Positions 1 through 10,476 of a stretch of 64,000 nucleotides of DNA are shown in pieces. A model generated the notes under the pieces. It was not told where the DNA came from and made no database searches. It was given only the letters and a program-made list of their open reading frames with translations. The stretch is from Terriglobia bacterium. Lineage in GTDB: Bacteria > Acidobacteriota > Terriglobia > 2-12-FULL-54-10. The stretch is from the NCBI GenBank assembly GCA_963666975.2, contig CAXVYR010000003.1, positions 32,001 to 96,000 of the forward strand, written 5' to 3'. The translations under genes were made by a program, and so were the position numbers. Within the stretch, counting starts at the first letter, position 1. Every line of letters starts with the position of its first letter.

Positions 1-200
1 CAGAAAGGTTTCGACAGCGCCCGGCGTCTCATCCGCGCCCCAGTTTTCTTGCAGAAAAGAAGCGATTGCAATTACAAATACTACTGCAACCAATCCAAGC
101 CCCAGCCCGGCGTATAATTTTTTAGAAATCCTGACCCCCGGTTGTCGCTCATGGCAAACAGGTCGCGTGATCGGTCCCTTGCCCAACGGCCCCTGTCCCG

Positions 201-950
201 TCAATTCGGATATGCAATTTCCATGCTCACCGTTTTCCCGGCTTGTACGCTGACGGCTAGTTTTTGTTCGCCGTAATATTCATGCCACACTTCCAAAGTA
301 TAGGAACCTTCTGGAATGTCCCGGATTTGGAACTTTCCATCGGCGCCGGAAACCGCGTGGAAGGGATGGTTGTCCACTCGAATAAAGGCTTTCATCCAGC
401 CGTGGACATCACATTTCACAATCACAAATCCGGGCCGCTGGAGGGGATGGCTGGCCTTGCCGCCGACGTGCAGGGAAAGATTTCTCGACAAGGGTCCGGA
501 GTAGAGATGGGTCGTATGAAAGAACGCATCGCTATTGATCGCCTCGACGGTGCTGCCCGACGTCAGGACTGCCACGTGGGGGTCAAACCGGCACTTGCGA
601 TTGTCCAAGAGCAGCTTTTCTCCCTGCGGCCGGGACTTCCGGGGAAATCCTTCGTTTGCGAGGGCCAAGATGACATTTTGCAATCCCCGATTTTCCTTGG
701 AGATCAGGATATCCTCCAGAGAATGCTCAGCCCCGCAAGATGCCGGCCCCGTTACATTTTCTATCACGGTAGGTTGAGGAATAGTCTTTCCTGTGAAAAC
801 GACCCGGCCTTCGATCGTGCCTGCCCCGCCGGAGTTGTCCCTTGGAAGCGGCGAAAGAACGGCATGAGGAGCCGCGGCGGCATTGCTGAAAGACAAAATC
901 CCCGCTGTCAGGAGAAGGGAAAGAAACATCTTGGTAATAGGGTTCGTCAT
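201..950 (-). CDS. Exported protein with cupredoxin-like motif and carboxypeptidase-regulatory-like domain
   Basis: Signal peptide; FDPHV...HTTH...KCDVHGWM (Cys/His/Met, cupredoxin-like); C-terminal GKFQIRDIPEGSYTLEVWHE. Confidence 0.7.
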   Translation of the reverse strand: MTNPITKMFLSLLLTAGILSFSNAAAAPHAVLSPLPRDNSGGAGTIEGRVVFTGKTIPQPTVIENVTGPASCGAEHSLEDILISKENRGLQNVILALANEGFPRKSRPQGEKLLLDNRKCRFDPHVAVLTSGSTVEAINSDAFFHTTHLYSGPLSRNLSLHVGGKASHPLQRPGFVIVKCDVHGWMKAFIRVDNHPFHAVSGADGKFQIRDIPEGSYTLEVWHEYYGEQKLAVSVQAGKTVSMEIAYPN

Positions 951-1284
951 CTGAGCTCAGTATCGCCATCCGACGGGCTCAACATCGCGATCCGGGTGAT
1001 CCGGGCGGTTTGGATTTTGTGATCCGGGATTTTGAATTTCTCCGCAACATTCTGCCATCTCAGTTTACATTCGCCACCATGCGGCGGCAAGAGGAAGCCT
1101 GAAGATCCCCCGGAACGCTTTGCTGCCTCTTGCTGAGGAGTGGAATGTGAGCTACATTGCGCCGGAGGGCTTTTGCCTGGGGAATTTCTCCTTTGAAAGA
1201 TTCCCCCCCCAGGTGGAAAAGAGAAAAAGGAAGAAGGGATGTTGCGGCGTGGCCCGAGAGAAGAGCGGTGAGAAGAGCGGGGAA

Positions 1285-1821
1285 ATGAAATTGAAGAGCC
1301 TGCTGACTGCGCAGCAAATCCAGCAGCGGGTCCGGCAAATAGCCTCCGAGATCGACCAGCAATACGCCGGGCGAAGCGTGCACCTGGTGTGCGTCCTCAA
1401 AGGGGCGTGTATTTTTCTGGCCGATATTCTTCGGCATCTTCGTTCGGAGACGTCGGTGGATTTCATCAGCGTCTGGAGCTACGAGCAGGGAGCTTCCAGC
1501 TCCGGCGAAGTGCGCCTCACGAAGGACCTGGATCACAGCATCGAAGGACGGGACGTGATCCTTGTCGAAGACATTGTCGATACCGGACTGACTTTGGATT
1601 ATCTGTGCCAATTGCTGCTGCGGCGGAATCCCCAGAGCCTGCGCGTGGCCACGCTGCTCGATAAACCGTCGCGCCGGATCCAGCCCGTGAAAATCGACTA
1701 CGTGGGATTTGAGATTCCCGATCAATTTGTGGTGGGGTATGGATTAGACTATCAACAGCGTTATCGAAATCTTCCCGATATCTGTTTACTCCCGGACGCA
1801 GCGGAATCCGAGAGGGTTTGA
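1285..1821 (+). CDS. hpt: Hypoxanthine phosphoribosyltransferase
   Basis: VLKGA, VILVEDIVDTGLTL PRPP motif, FVVGYGLDY; ATG at 1285 chosen over the upstream TTG. Confidence 0.95.
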   Translation: MKLKSLLTAQQIQQRVRQIASEIDQQYAGRSVHLVCVLKGACIFLADILRHLRSETSVDFISVWSYEQGASSSGEVRLTKDLDHSIEGRDVILVEDIVDTGLTLDYLCQLLLRRNPQSLRVATLLDKPSRRIQPVKIDYVGFEIPDQFVVGYGLDYQQRYRNLPDICLLPDAAESERV

Positions 1822-1923
1822 GCAAAGGGGAACCTGCGAGTGGGTTCGGGAAAAGCCATAAGCGGGAAAAGCTATAAGAAGGAGAAGCGTCCTGCGAGCG
1901 ATCCAAGCGGGAAGAAAACAATC

Positions 1924-3183
1924 ATGACCGGAATGGCCGGGGTTTTTACCTACCGAAATAATGAACTCTATTGTGAGCAGGTTCCCGCCCGGCAGATTGC
2001 CGAAGCAGCCGGCACGCCCGCCTACGTCTATAGCAGCCGCCGGATCGTGGCGCGGTATCTGGATTTCGACCGCGCGCTCGGAAACTATCCGCATCGGGTC
2101 TGCTATTCCGTGAAGGCCAATTCCAACTTAAGCGTGCTGCGGCTGCTGGCGCGCCGGAAAGCGGGCTTTGACATTGTTTCCGGCGGAGAGCTGTTCCGCG
2201 TTTTGGAGGCGGGCGGGAAAGCCAGCCGGGTGGTTTTTTCGGGAGTCGGCAAAACGAGCGAGGAAATGGATTACGCCTTGCGCTCGCGCATCTTCCTGTT
2301 CAACTGTGAGTCGGAGAGCGAGCTGCGCTTGCTCAGCGAACGGGCTGCGCGACTGAAAGTGCGGGCACGGGTGGCCCTGCGGGTCAATCCCCGCGTGGGG
2401 GCGAAGACGCATCCCTATATCGCCACGGGCCGGGAGGAGCACAAGTTTGGCGTGGACATGGCGGCGGCCGAGGACCTCTGCTTGCGGGCCCAGCAGTGGC
2501 CGGGTATCCGCATGGCCGGCCTGAGCTGCCACATCGGCTCCCAGATTGCTGCCTTAGCCCCCTTCGCCGAAGCGGCGGGGAAGCTGGTGAGCTTGGCGCG
2601 GCGGCTGCAAAGAAAAAAGGTTCCGGTCGAGTATCTGGATGCAGGCGGGGGATTGGCGGTGGCCTATCGCGGAGAGGACCGCCCTCCCTCTATTCACGAT
2701 TATGGGAAGAAATTGTTGCAGTGCGTGCGGGGCAGCGGTTTGAAGCTGTTGGTGGAGCCGGGACGTTCCATCGTCGCCGACGCCGGCATACTGCTGACCC
2801 GCGTGCTCCACACCAAAACAACCGGCGGAAAGAAATTTATCGTCGTGGACGCGGCGATGAACGATCTGCTGCGCCCCTCGCTCTATGGCGCCTACCACGA
2901 AATTCGGCCCGTCCGGCGCAACCGTCGGCGGGAGGCGGTCGCCGACCTGGTGGGACCGGTCTGCGAAACGGGAGATTTCATTGCTCAGAACCGCAAGCTT
3001 CCGGTCGCGGAGGCGGGCGACCTGCTGGCGGTCTTTACGGTGGGCGCTTACGGGTCTGTTTTGAGTTCGAACTACAATTCCCGGCCGCGCCCGGCGGAGG
3101 TCTTGGTAGAGGGCCGCCGCTGGCGCATTGCTCGCCGCCGGGAGACGCTCCGGGATTTGATCCGGGGAGAATCGTTGCCGTAA
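1924..3183 (+). CDS. lysA: Diaminopimelate decarboxylase
   Basis: YSVKANS PLP lysine, HIGSQI, EPGRSI, GPVCETGD, GAYG..SSNYNSRPR. Confidence 0.95.
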   Translation: MTGMAGVFTYRNNELYCEQVPARQIAEAAGTPAYVYSSRRIVARYLDFDRALGNYPHRVCYSVKANSNLSVLRLLARRKAGFDIVSGGELFRVLEAGGKASRVVFSGVGKTSEEMDYALRSRIFLFNCESESELRLLSERAARLKVRARVALRVNPRVGAKTHPYIATGREEHKFGVDMAAAEDLCLRAQQWPGIRMAGLSCHIGSQIAALAPFAEAAGKLVSLARRLQRKKVPVEYLDAGGGLAVAYRGEDRPPSIHDYGKKLLQCVRGSGLKLLVEPGRSIVADAGILLTRVLHTKTTGGKKFIVVDAAMNDLLRPSLYGAYHEIRPVRRNRRREAVADLVGPVCETGDFIAQNRKLPVAEAGDLLAVFTVGAYGSVLSSNYNSRPRPAEVLVEGRRWRIARRRETLRDLIRGESLP

Positions 3184-3211
3184 GGACGGCGCGCACAGGA
3201 TCAGGCCGCTT

Positions 3212-4000
3212 TTACTGAACCGCAAGGAATCCCTTGCCCAGCCATTCGCCTCCGTCCATGGTGAGCGCTTCTCCGTTGATGTACTCCGCGTAGGGGGAAA
3301 CCAGGAAGGCGGCGGCGTGCGCGATCTCCTGCGGGGTGCCGATCCTCCCCACAGGGATTTTGGACAACAGCTTTTTTTCCGCTTCCGGAGTGCCCCAGAG
3401 CTTGCTGGATGCGCCTTCGGTCGCCACAGGTCCCGGAGCAATGGCGTTGACGCGGATTTTATGGGAGGCCCACTCCACGGCCAGGGTTCGCGTCAGGGCC
3501 AGCACGCCCGCTTTGGCGGCGGCCGAATGAACCGTTCCAGGCCCGCCCGTTCAGGCGTAGGTTGCCAGCACGCTCAGGATTTTTCCTCCCCGCTTCTGAG
3601 CGATCATCTCCAGGCCCGCAGCTCGCGTGCAGAAAAACGTTCCGTTCAGCACGATATCCACCACGGCCTTCCAGCCGTTCGGAGAAAGCTCCTCCGCCTT
3701 GCAGATGAAATTTCCGGCTGCGTTGTTGACCAGGATATCGACGCCGCCAAACTTCTTTTTTGTTTCCTGAATCATCCGGTCCACCTGCGCCGGGTCGCGC
3801 ACGTCGGTGGGAACGGCGAGAGCTTCTCCGCCGGCCTTCTGAATCTCGGCCACGGTGGGTTCCAGGTGCTCCCGGCTGCGGCTGGCGCGAACCAGCCTGG
3901 CTCCCAGCCGCGCATATTCCAGCGCCATGGCGCGGCCCAGCCCTGTACCTCCTCCCGTGACGATGGCTACCTGTCCGCTGAATGTATTTGCTGGCAACAT
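3212..4000 (-). pseudogene. 2,4-dienoyl-CoA reductase-like SDR with an in-frame TGA at 3551-3553
   Basis: TGGGTGLG, NNAAGNF; reads ATYA*TGGPGTVHSAAAKAG, and the frame continues to 3212. The two ORFs in the track are in frame. Confidence 0.85.
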
Positions 4001-4175
4001 AAAAAACGGTCTCCTGTGTCAATTACCAATTATGGTTTCATGCAGAGTGGTGCTGGCGCACCTGCGTTCTCTCTGCGGCGATTGCAGAGGATGGCCCACA
4101 GCGACCCTCTGGAGAACCTTACAAGAGCTCTTTTTCCGGTGGGTGGAATATGCCTTCGACATGGTGTGGTGGATA

Positions 4176-4251
4176 TGGTAGGCGCGGCAGGACTCGAACC
4201 TGCGACCCTCTGCTTAGAAGGCAGATGCTCTATCCACTGAGCTACGCGCCC
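4176..4251 (-). tRNA. tRNA-Arg(TCT)
   Basis: 76 nt: GGGCGCG acceptor stem, AGCTCAGTGGATAGAGC D-arm, TCTGC-CTTCTAA-GCAGA anticodon arm, GGTTCGAGTCC T-arm, encoded CCA. Confidence 0.97.
4213..4251 (-). repeat. att site within the intact tRNA (5' half)
   Basis: CTTAGAAGGCAGATGCTCTATCCACTGAGCTACGCGCCC, identical to 55266-55304. Confidence 0.95.
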
Positions 4252-4259
4252 ATACGTGC

Positions 4260-4288
4260 ACTCTAACACCTAACTCCTTTAGTCTCAA
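4260..4288 (-). promoter_or_regulatory. Island-borne sigma70-type promoter for the restored tRNA
   Basis: TTGAGA-17 bp-TAGAGT with TGn extension, 8 nt upstream of tRNA base 1. Confidence 0.6.
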
Positions 4289-4337
4289 TGAACCCTATTT
4301 CCATTGCGCATAAAAAATCGATCTATTCGCCTCAAAA

Positions 4338-4360
4338 TGTGCCAAAAATGTGCCAAAAAT
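4338..4360 (+). repeat. Candidate integrase arm-type sites
   Basis: Tandem TGTGCCAAAAA x2; degenerate pair TGTGCCAAATA-TGTGTCAGAAA at ~55130-55151 near the other att. Confidence 0.55.
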
Positions 4361-4363
4361 CGT

Positions 4364-5545
4364 TCAGTCCGGCCTTGCTGTGCTCAAAATTTGTCGATGT
4401 TCGTTAGCTTGGCGGTCAAGCTTGGTCAATGCTTCTCGCATCATGTTGAGCTTCGCTTGGCTGTAGCGCTTGAACACCTGCGAATCGCCTTGCCGCAGCA
4501 TCTGCGTGACAAAATGATCCGCCACGCCGCCAGCGCTTAATCGGGTCGCGAACGTGTGCCGCAAGTGATAGAGCGGGAAGTACGGAACTCCAGCGCGCTG
4601 GAGCGTACCTGCCCACGTCTTTTTCAAGCTTGTCAAATGCGGCGTCGCCGAGTCGGCCCGCAAGGAAGGAAACACATAAGCTGAACCCCGTGATTGCTCC
4701 CAGTGTCCCCGAAACGCCGCATACGCAGCCTCGGTCATCGGCATCTCGGCCGCGCCGCTCGGTGTCTTGGAATCCTCGATATGTACCACTCGATTCTCCA
4801 AGTCCACCTGTGACCAACGCATCGGTGTCAACTCCTTGTACGGTCGCAACCCCATCTCCACCAGGATAACGATCGCATGACGCAAATAGTCCGGAGCCAT
4901 GAACTCGATCCGTTGCTGCTCGCTTGCCGTCATATAGTGAGGCTTTCTGGTTGCGTTCCGTAATTGAATCGGGAATTCAACCGCACTACAGAGGTTCGTA
5001 TCCAAACATTTCTTCTTCACCGCGACATTCAGAATCCGCCTCAAAATGCGGAATTCCTGGTGCACAGTGGCCGGCTTGAGCTTTCCCACAAGCCGGGTCC
5101 CGAACTTCGTGCGTACCCTCCTTCCGGAGGACAAGCGCCGATCGATGTAATCCTCAATCGCCTCTGCGGTAACTTCCGTTAAGGGACTTTCACCGAATGC
5201 AGGCCGCAGAAACTTGAGGGCATTGATATTTTCCGCGTGTGTCTTTTCCGAGCGGAATGGAGGCTTGGAACGTTTTTCCAGAAACCAATCAGCCCATTGG
5301 TTAAAGGTTAGTTTCTTGCCGGCCAGAATGGCTGGCAACCTTCCCTCGTCCCTGGCATCCAACCGGTCTCGCAAAAGGCGGTTTGCTTCTTGTTCATCTG
5401 CGGTTCCGGTCGATTCCCTCTGAAGCTTTCCTTCTCGGTCCCGGTACCGCATCCACCAAAACGCGGAACCATTGCGTTGGAAGATGCTTCCTCCTCCGCT
5501 CTTCGGTCTTCCTCTCCTATTGTTCATCGATTCCTCCATTGACAT
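4364..5545 (-). CDS. int: Tyrosine recombinase/integrase
   Basis: GLRPYKEL (R), SKT (K), HLRHTFA (HxxR), C-terminal RYS (Y); N-terminal arm-binding-like domain; beside att. Confidence 0.95.
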   Translation of the reverse strand: MSMEESMNNRRGRPKSGGGSIFQRNGSAFWWMRYRDREGKLQRESTGTADEQEANRLLRDRLDARDEGRLPAILAGKKLTFNQWADWFLEKRSKPPFRSEKTHAENINALKFLRPAFGESPLTEVTAEAIEDYIDRRLSSGRRVRTKFGTRLVGKLKPATVHQEFRILRRILNVAVKKKCLDTNLCSAVEFPIQLRNATRKPHYMTASEQQRIEFMAPDYLRHAIVILVEMGLRPYKELTPMRWSQVDLENRVVHIEDSKTPSGAAEMPMTEAAYAAFRGHWEQSRGSAYVFPSLRADSATPHLTSLKKTWAGTLQRAGVPYFPLYHLRHTFATRLSAGGVADHFVTQMLRQGDSQVFKRYSQAKLNMMREALTKLDRQANEHRQILSTARPD

Positions 5546-5732
5546 GAAATTGTTGACGCCACTCGACCAGCTCCGACAGTCGGAAGCGGATCGAGCGGCC
5601 CATCATGCGGTAATGGGGAATCTGCTTTCGCTCGACGTAAGCATACACCAGCGAGGCGCTGACGCCCAAGAAACGGGCGGCGTCCTTCACCGTGATTGGG
5701 GCATCCCTTGCTTCTGTGTCAAGGCTCATCAT
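5517..5732 (-). CDS. Excisionase-like HTH protein
   Basis: ITVKDAARFLGVS..VY..IPHYR..IRFR (HTH_17-like); GGGAGGG RBS; overlaps int start. Confidence 0.85.
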   Translation of the reverse strand: MMSLDTEARDAPITVKDAARFLGVSASLVYAYVERKQIPHYRMMGRSIRFRLSELVEWRQQFHVNGGIDEQ

Positions 5733-5886
5733 TCCCTCCCTACTCTCCATACAAAACCACAAGGGAGAACTCCGCGCGGAGAGTCCGTTGCGATTGTGTG
5801 GTTAGTCCCACTCACACTCGGCGTCACGTTTGATCTGCATGATCTGATCGGCAAAGCGGCGGTGGTATTTCTCTGCCGTCATCGCC

Positions 5887-6846
5887 CTACCCGTCATCGT
5901 GTTGCCTCCCGATGGGCTCGATGAGCCAGCGGTTCTGTGGCGCGTCGTAACCTTTGACGAGCAAGGCCTCCTCCACGAAGCGCCGTCCCTCCCGCCGGGT
6001 CATGTGAATGACCATCGCAATGCCGTCCACCACACCCCGGCAGGTAACTTCCCAGGGAAGCTCCCCGCCGCCTTGCATGGCGCAACTGGCGAGCCGTGAC
6101 AAGGCGCTCTCGGCGTTGTTGGCGTGTATGGTCGTGAGCGAGCCGCCGTGTCCGGTGTTGAGGGCTTGCAGCAGATCGGCGGCCTCCCCGCCGCGCACCT
6201 CGCCCACTACGATGTGATCCGGGCGGTGACGCAAGGCATGACGCACCAGGTCCCGGATCGTCACGGCTCCGGTTGCCAGTCCGCGAGCCTCGAAGCGGAC
6301 GCAATTGGAGTGCTCGATGCGAAGCTCCAGGGTGTCCTCGATGGCGACAATGCGCTCGTCGTCGGGCAGCAATTCAATGAGCGCGTTCAGCAGCGTGGTC
6401 TTGCCTGATCCGGTGCCGCCTGAAACCAGGATGTTCCGGCGGGTGTGCAGCATCCGCTCCGCCGCCTCCTTCACGTTCTTGGGCAGCGCCCCTTGTTCTA
6501 CCAGGTCCACCGCCGAGAAAGCCCGTTTGCCAAATCGACGAATTGTGATTGCCACCTTCGGGCTCGCGGGCGGAACGCAGATCGCAACCCGCGAGCCGTC
6601 ATCCAGGCGAGCATCGACGATGGGAGCCGTGGCCGGGTCCAGGCCGAGAGGCCGCGCAATATGGATCGCGGCCCTTTGAAGCGCCGCAGCGGTCAGCAGC
6701 GGAGCCTTGTGGGAATAGAGCTTCCCATGCCCTTCGATCCATACATTGTGCGGACCGTTGATCATGATCTCGCTCACTTCCTGGTCCTCCAGAACATCCT
6801 CCAGCCCGGGCAGAAACGGTTTCAACAACTCCAGGCCGTCGCTCAT
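5887..6846 (-). CDS. VirB11/TrbB/CpaF-family secretion ATPase
   Basis: SGGTGSGKTT, AIEDTLEL, RPDHIVVGEVRG, NTGHGGSLTTIHA. Confidence 0.92.
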   Translation of the reverse strand: MSDGLELLKPFLPGLEDVLEDQEVSEIMINGPHNVWIEGHGKLYSHKAPLLTAAALQRAAIHIARPLGLDPATAPIVDARLDDGSRVAICVPPASPKVAITIRRFGKRAFSAVDLVEQGALPKNVKEAAERMLHTRRNILVSGGTGSGKTTLLNALIELLPDDERIVAIEDTLELRIEHSNCVRFEARGLATGAVTIRDLVRHALRHRPDHIVVGEVRGGEAADLLQALNTGHGGSLTTIHANNAESALSRLASCAMQGGGELPWEVTCRGVVDGIAMVIHMTRREGRRFVEEALLVKGYDAPQNRWLIEPIGRQHDDG

Positions 6847-7585
6847 AGCTTTCCCTCAACCTTCGCCCGCCAGTAGGGGAGCGTCCGGGGCAGATAGTGC
6901 GGTTTGAGGTACACCCGGGTCGGCGCAAGCGACTGTGCGCCGTCGTAGGGTAGACAGATGGCCTGGCAGTTCGAGAGCAAGGCAAACTCGCGGGGTTGGA
7001 ATACCGCCTCGCGCTGCTCGCGGAAGGATTTGCTGGCCCCTACGCTGCCCTGTCCGCCGCCGGCCTGGGCCGAGAGCAGGGACACCTCGCTTTGCTTGGC
7101 CGACTCGGTGATGGTGTAGGAAGGCTTGATCTTGGCGACCTGGCCGCATAGCGCAGAGGCGGTTTGAGCGCTGGCATCGTCGCTCAAGGAAAGGAATATC
7201 CGGGTCCGCAGGGTTTGCAGCAGGGTGCGCCATGCTTCCGAGCTGCCCAAGACGGAACGTAACGATGAGATAGATTGGGTGGCGACGATCGGGATGCAGC
7301 GGCATTGCCGGGTGAGGGCAAAGGATTTCTCGTCTCCGGATGGATCGTCCTCGCCCACGGAAGCGAACGACTGGTATTCGTCGCAGATAAACACGGCGGG
7401 CCGGAAGTATCGCTCCGGCTCCGCCGTCATCTTAACTGGTCGCCGCAGGAGCGTTTGCAGCCAGGCGTTCTTGAGCATGACGCCGATAGCGCGGGACAGC
7501 GCCGGGTTGGTTCCGACCGGCATATTCAGGGCCAGCACCTTGCCCGCCTCGATCAGTTTATCGAGGGGCGGCAAGCTCTGCCGTA
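6843..7585 (-). pseudogene. VirD4/TraG-like coupling protein, C-terminal fragment
   Basis: FICDEYQSF Walker B, IVATQSISSL; no Walker A; 5' part cut at the MITE starting 7586. Confidence 0.8.
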
Positions 7586-7704
7586 GGTATTGTCAAGTTG
7601 AGGCCGACGACCGTTTTTGATGCCCAGCATGGCGTGTTCACGGCTGGCTCGAGCCCAGTATCTTGGGGGTCGATCGACTAGCTTTTCGTCAACTTGACAA
7701 TACC
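7586..7704. mobile_element. 119-bp MITE with IS6-like termini
   Basis: Perfect 16-bp IR GGTATTGTCAAGTTGA / TCAACTTGACAATACC; no ORF; no TSD seen. Confidence 0.7.
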
Positions 7705-7933
7705 ACGATTGGCGCTGGATTTTTCCACTTCCGTTTCCGTCGGACTCGCGCGCCGTGGAACGGGGAACGAATATCGCCTGGGCAGCACTCCAGCTCGATT
7801 GGGCGCAGGATGGAAAGGACCACCGAAAGATTTGTCAGTTGACACATCCGGAGACGGTGCACAGCTACCTTCGCCGGTGGCCTGGTCTTCTGGAATGCGC
7901 GCAGAGGAACCCCGCAACTCTGGCAATCTATGC

Positions 7934-9049
7934 GGCGCTGTTGCACGATTCAACCTTGGCGCGAGTCAGGCCGTTTTCCCAACCCCTCGTTCATGACACC
8001 ACGGCGTAGGACTTCGGCCTGCCGAGCTCGGCCATCCGGTTGAGGATGTGACACCCGATCGTGGTCTCTTTCCTTTGCGCATTGCTGTTCCTCGCCTTCA
8101 GGCTTCCTCCGAGCACTGACTTGTATCGGAAGAACCCGTTCTCAACGCGCGCCTGCTGTCGGTAGCCCGACTCCTTCTGCCACTCTCGTCGTCCGATCTT
8201 ACGAACTCTCTGAAGAGCCGCTTCTCGTTGCGCCCACGGGCCGTCCGTGGGCCCCGCGGACACCGCACAGCGACGAGGGGGGATCACGATCACGACGTCC
8301 TCTGTACCGGCCGCGCCGACCCGATCGTAGATCGCCCTGTTGTCGTAGGCCCCGTCCGCCGTGAAACGCCGGATGGGAGCCTCGATCTGGTCGAGCAGAT
8401 CCGGCAGGGCGGAGGCGTCGTCCCCGCTGCTCGTCGTGAGTTCGGCCGCCACAATGAACCCCTCGTCATCCACTCCGATGTGCAGCTTTCGCCAGTCCCG
8501 GCGTTTCTTGGATGCCTTGTACTTGTGCGAATTCCATTCGCCGCAACCCAGGATCTTGAGCCCCGTGGAATCGACGATCAAGTGGATCGGGCCGTCGTGG
8601 GCTCGGGTTAGAGGCGGCACCTCAACGATTTGGTTCCGGCGCGAGAGTGTGGTGTGGTCCGGGGCCTTGAGGTCGAGGCCCATCAAGCTGAGCAGCGAGT
8701 CCAGGAAACCCTCGGTCTGGCGAAGCGGCAGGTGGAAGACGACCCGCAGCGTCAACGCGGTCAAGATCGCGAGGTTCGAGTACCGCCGCTGGCCTCCGCG
8801 GAGACCGTTCTTCGCCGGTGTCCACGCGGCGATCGCCTCCTCGCTCAGCCAGATCGTGACGTCGCCGCGGCTCCTGAGGCCCCGCTCGTACTCCCTCCAG
8901 TTCCGGATTCTGCATTTCGTCTTGTACTTGCGGTTGACTCGGCTCGACTTCCCTGCGGCCATGACGTTGCCCCCCTTGATCTCCATGATGGATCGGGACA
9001 CCGAGCCAATGCTAGCGGGGGAGCCGAGGACGATTCATGCACCAACGCC
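7934..9049 (-). mobile_element. IS5 family (IS903 group), copy 1; transposase 7991-9001
   Basis: 1116 bp; IRs GGCGCTGTTGCACGATTC / GGCGTTGGTGCATGAATC; VDSTGLK, WRKLHI, ADGAYD. Confidence 0.93.
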
Positions 9050-9567
9050 TACCGCCTGAAAGAAAGCAAGCGGAACAGACCCGTGAAACCTGCCAGCCGG
9101 TCACATATCCACCGATAACCCCGCCCGCCATGTCGCCGCGATCGGCCGGGGTGCCTTCCGCTCCGGCCTAAACGCGCCCCGGCTTGCTTGGGGCACCGGC
9201 CTCCGCTCCAGCCCCCCCTGCCGATCCACCAAATCAAACCCTCCCGCCATCCAGGAGTGGTCTAATTTCTCTCCGCCCCGCTGGTCTAATGTTTTTCCGC
9301 CCTTGACAAAAGCTACCGGCTCAAGGAAAGCAAGCGGAAGCGCCCCACGAAGCCTGCCCGCCGAACGTAGTTCCGCTCTTCCCCTGCCTGCACGTTGCCA
9401 CGATCTGCAGGGGCGCCTTCCACTCCGGCCTAAACGCGCCGCCTAACGGCGGCGCAGGCCTCCGCTCCAGCCACCCCCGCAGATCCAACAAAACAAACCC
9501 TTCCCCGTTCCCATAATGGTCTGGTTTTGCTCCGCCCTGGTGGTCTAGTTTTACTCCGCCCTTGACA
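9050..9567 (+). mobile_element. Two stacked IS21-family right ends with istB 3' remnants (ending 9308 and 9567)
   Basis: (S)YRLKESKR IstB tail twice; termini reading TGTCAAGGGCGG on the minus strand with repeated subterminal sites. Confidence 0.7.
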
Positions 9568-10311
9568 GACGCCAAAGATTCGCCGAACCACTTGCCGATA
9601 GAACTTGAATCCGTCCGTAGTGATCAGGGGGAGATGACTTCCCGCAGACCGAGCGCAAAGCTCTCGAAACAAGGTGAGCGTGTTGCGATAGCTGCGTCTG
9701 CCGACAACTGTCGCAGGCCAGAGGCGCGACCAGACTTCAATACCAGCGAAGATCCAGACAGGCGGATGCCCATGGCCACCAACCATAGCTCGGATCTCGT
9801 CCACCTGCAGTTCGCGGATTGGGATCTTCGTGATTTTCTGTTGGTTGAATCGGCGACCGGTGGCGGCGGCTTTCTCCAGCCAGCGATCCACCGTGTTCCA
9901 GGCAATCTGCTGGACTCGGGCAATCGCGGATTTATTCACGCCCTCGGCGCTGAGAGCGGCGACTTCATCGAAGGTAGCTCGGCGATGTTGGAGGCGGTGA
10001 TAGACAGTGCCCCGGTTCCGGCAGAACGTCCTGCGGCACATCTTGCATCGGAACCGACGGCGTTTGCCCCAGCGGGTTGGGTAGAAACCAAAACGAACGA
10101 TCATTCCCCAAGAGGGTTTTGCTCGCAGCGGACACTGGGCATTTCGACAGCGGAGACTCTTCATGGCGTTTGGACCAGCGTTCGTCAGTCAGATCTGCAT
10201 TTCGTGACTCTCATGGCGTTTGGACCCGTTCGTCAATCTGGTGATGGGTCTTAAACCATATCACATGAACGGATTACAAGCGCCCCATCAACAATTGTTT
10301 GCGGAAGCACC
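9568..10311 (-). mobile_element. IS1-family element, 5' part (transposase from 10164, truncated)
   Basis: Zn-finger Cys pairs, HTH, ELQVDE, ITTDG; terminus GGTGCTTCCGCAA at 10311. Confidence 0.75.
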
Positions 10312-10476
10312 TGCCCAAAACTCACTCTGACCCTGGTACAAAAATCCAGGACCTCTCAGATGTAAACTCTTCTACCTGTGGTACAAAAGATCGGCCTAGT
10401 CAATTGAGTTGCACGACGTCTGCTTTAGGAAACATTACTGGAAACGCTTCCTCGCGGTGAGAAGGAGAACTATCAC

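Noticed and set aside
3505-3553. Selenocysteine or TGA=Trp recoding in the SDR
   Set aside because: Position corresponds to Trp, not Cys; many genes here end in TGA; downstream hairpin is not a convincing SECIS
4364-7585. Prophage
   Set aside because: No structural, terminase or lysis genes; T4SS remnants indicate an ICE
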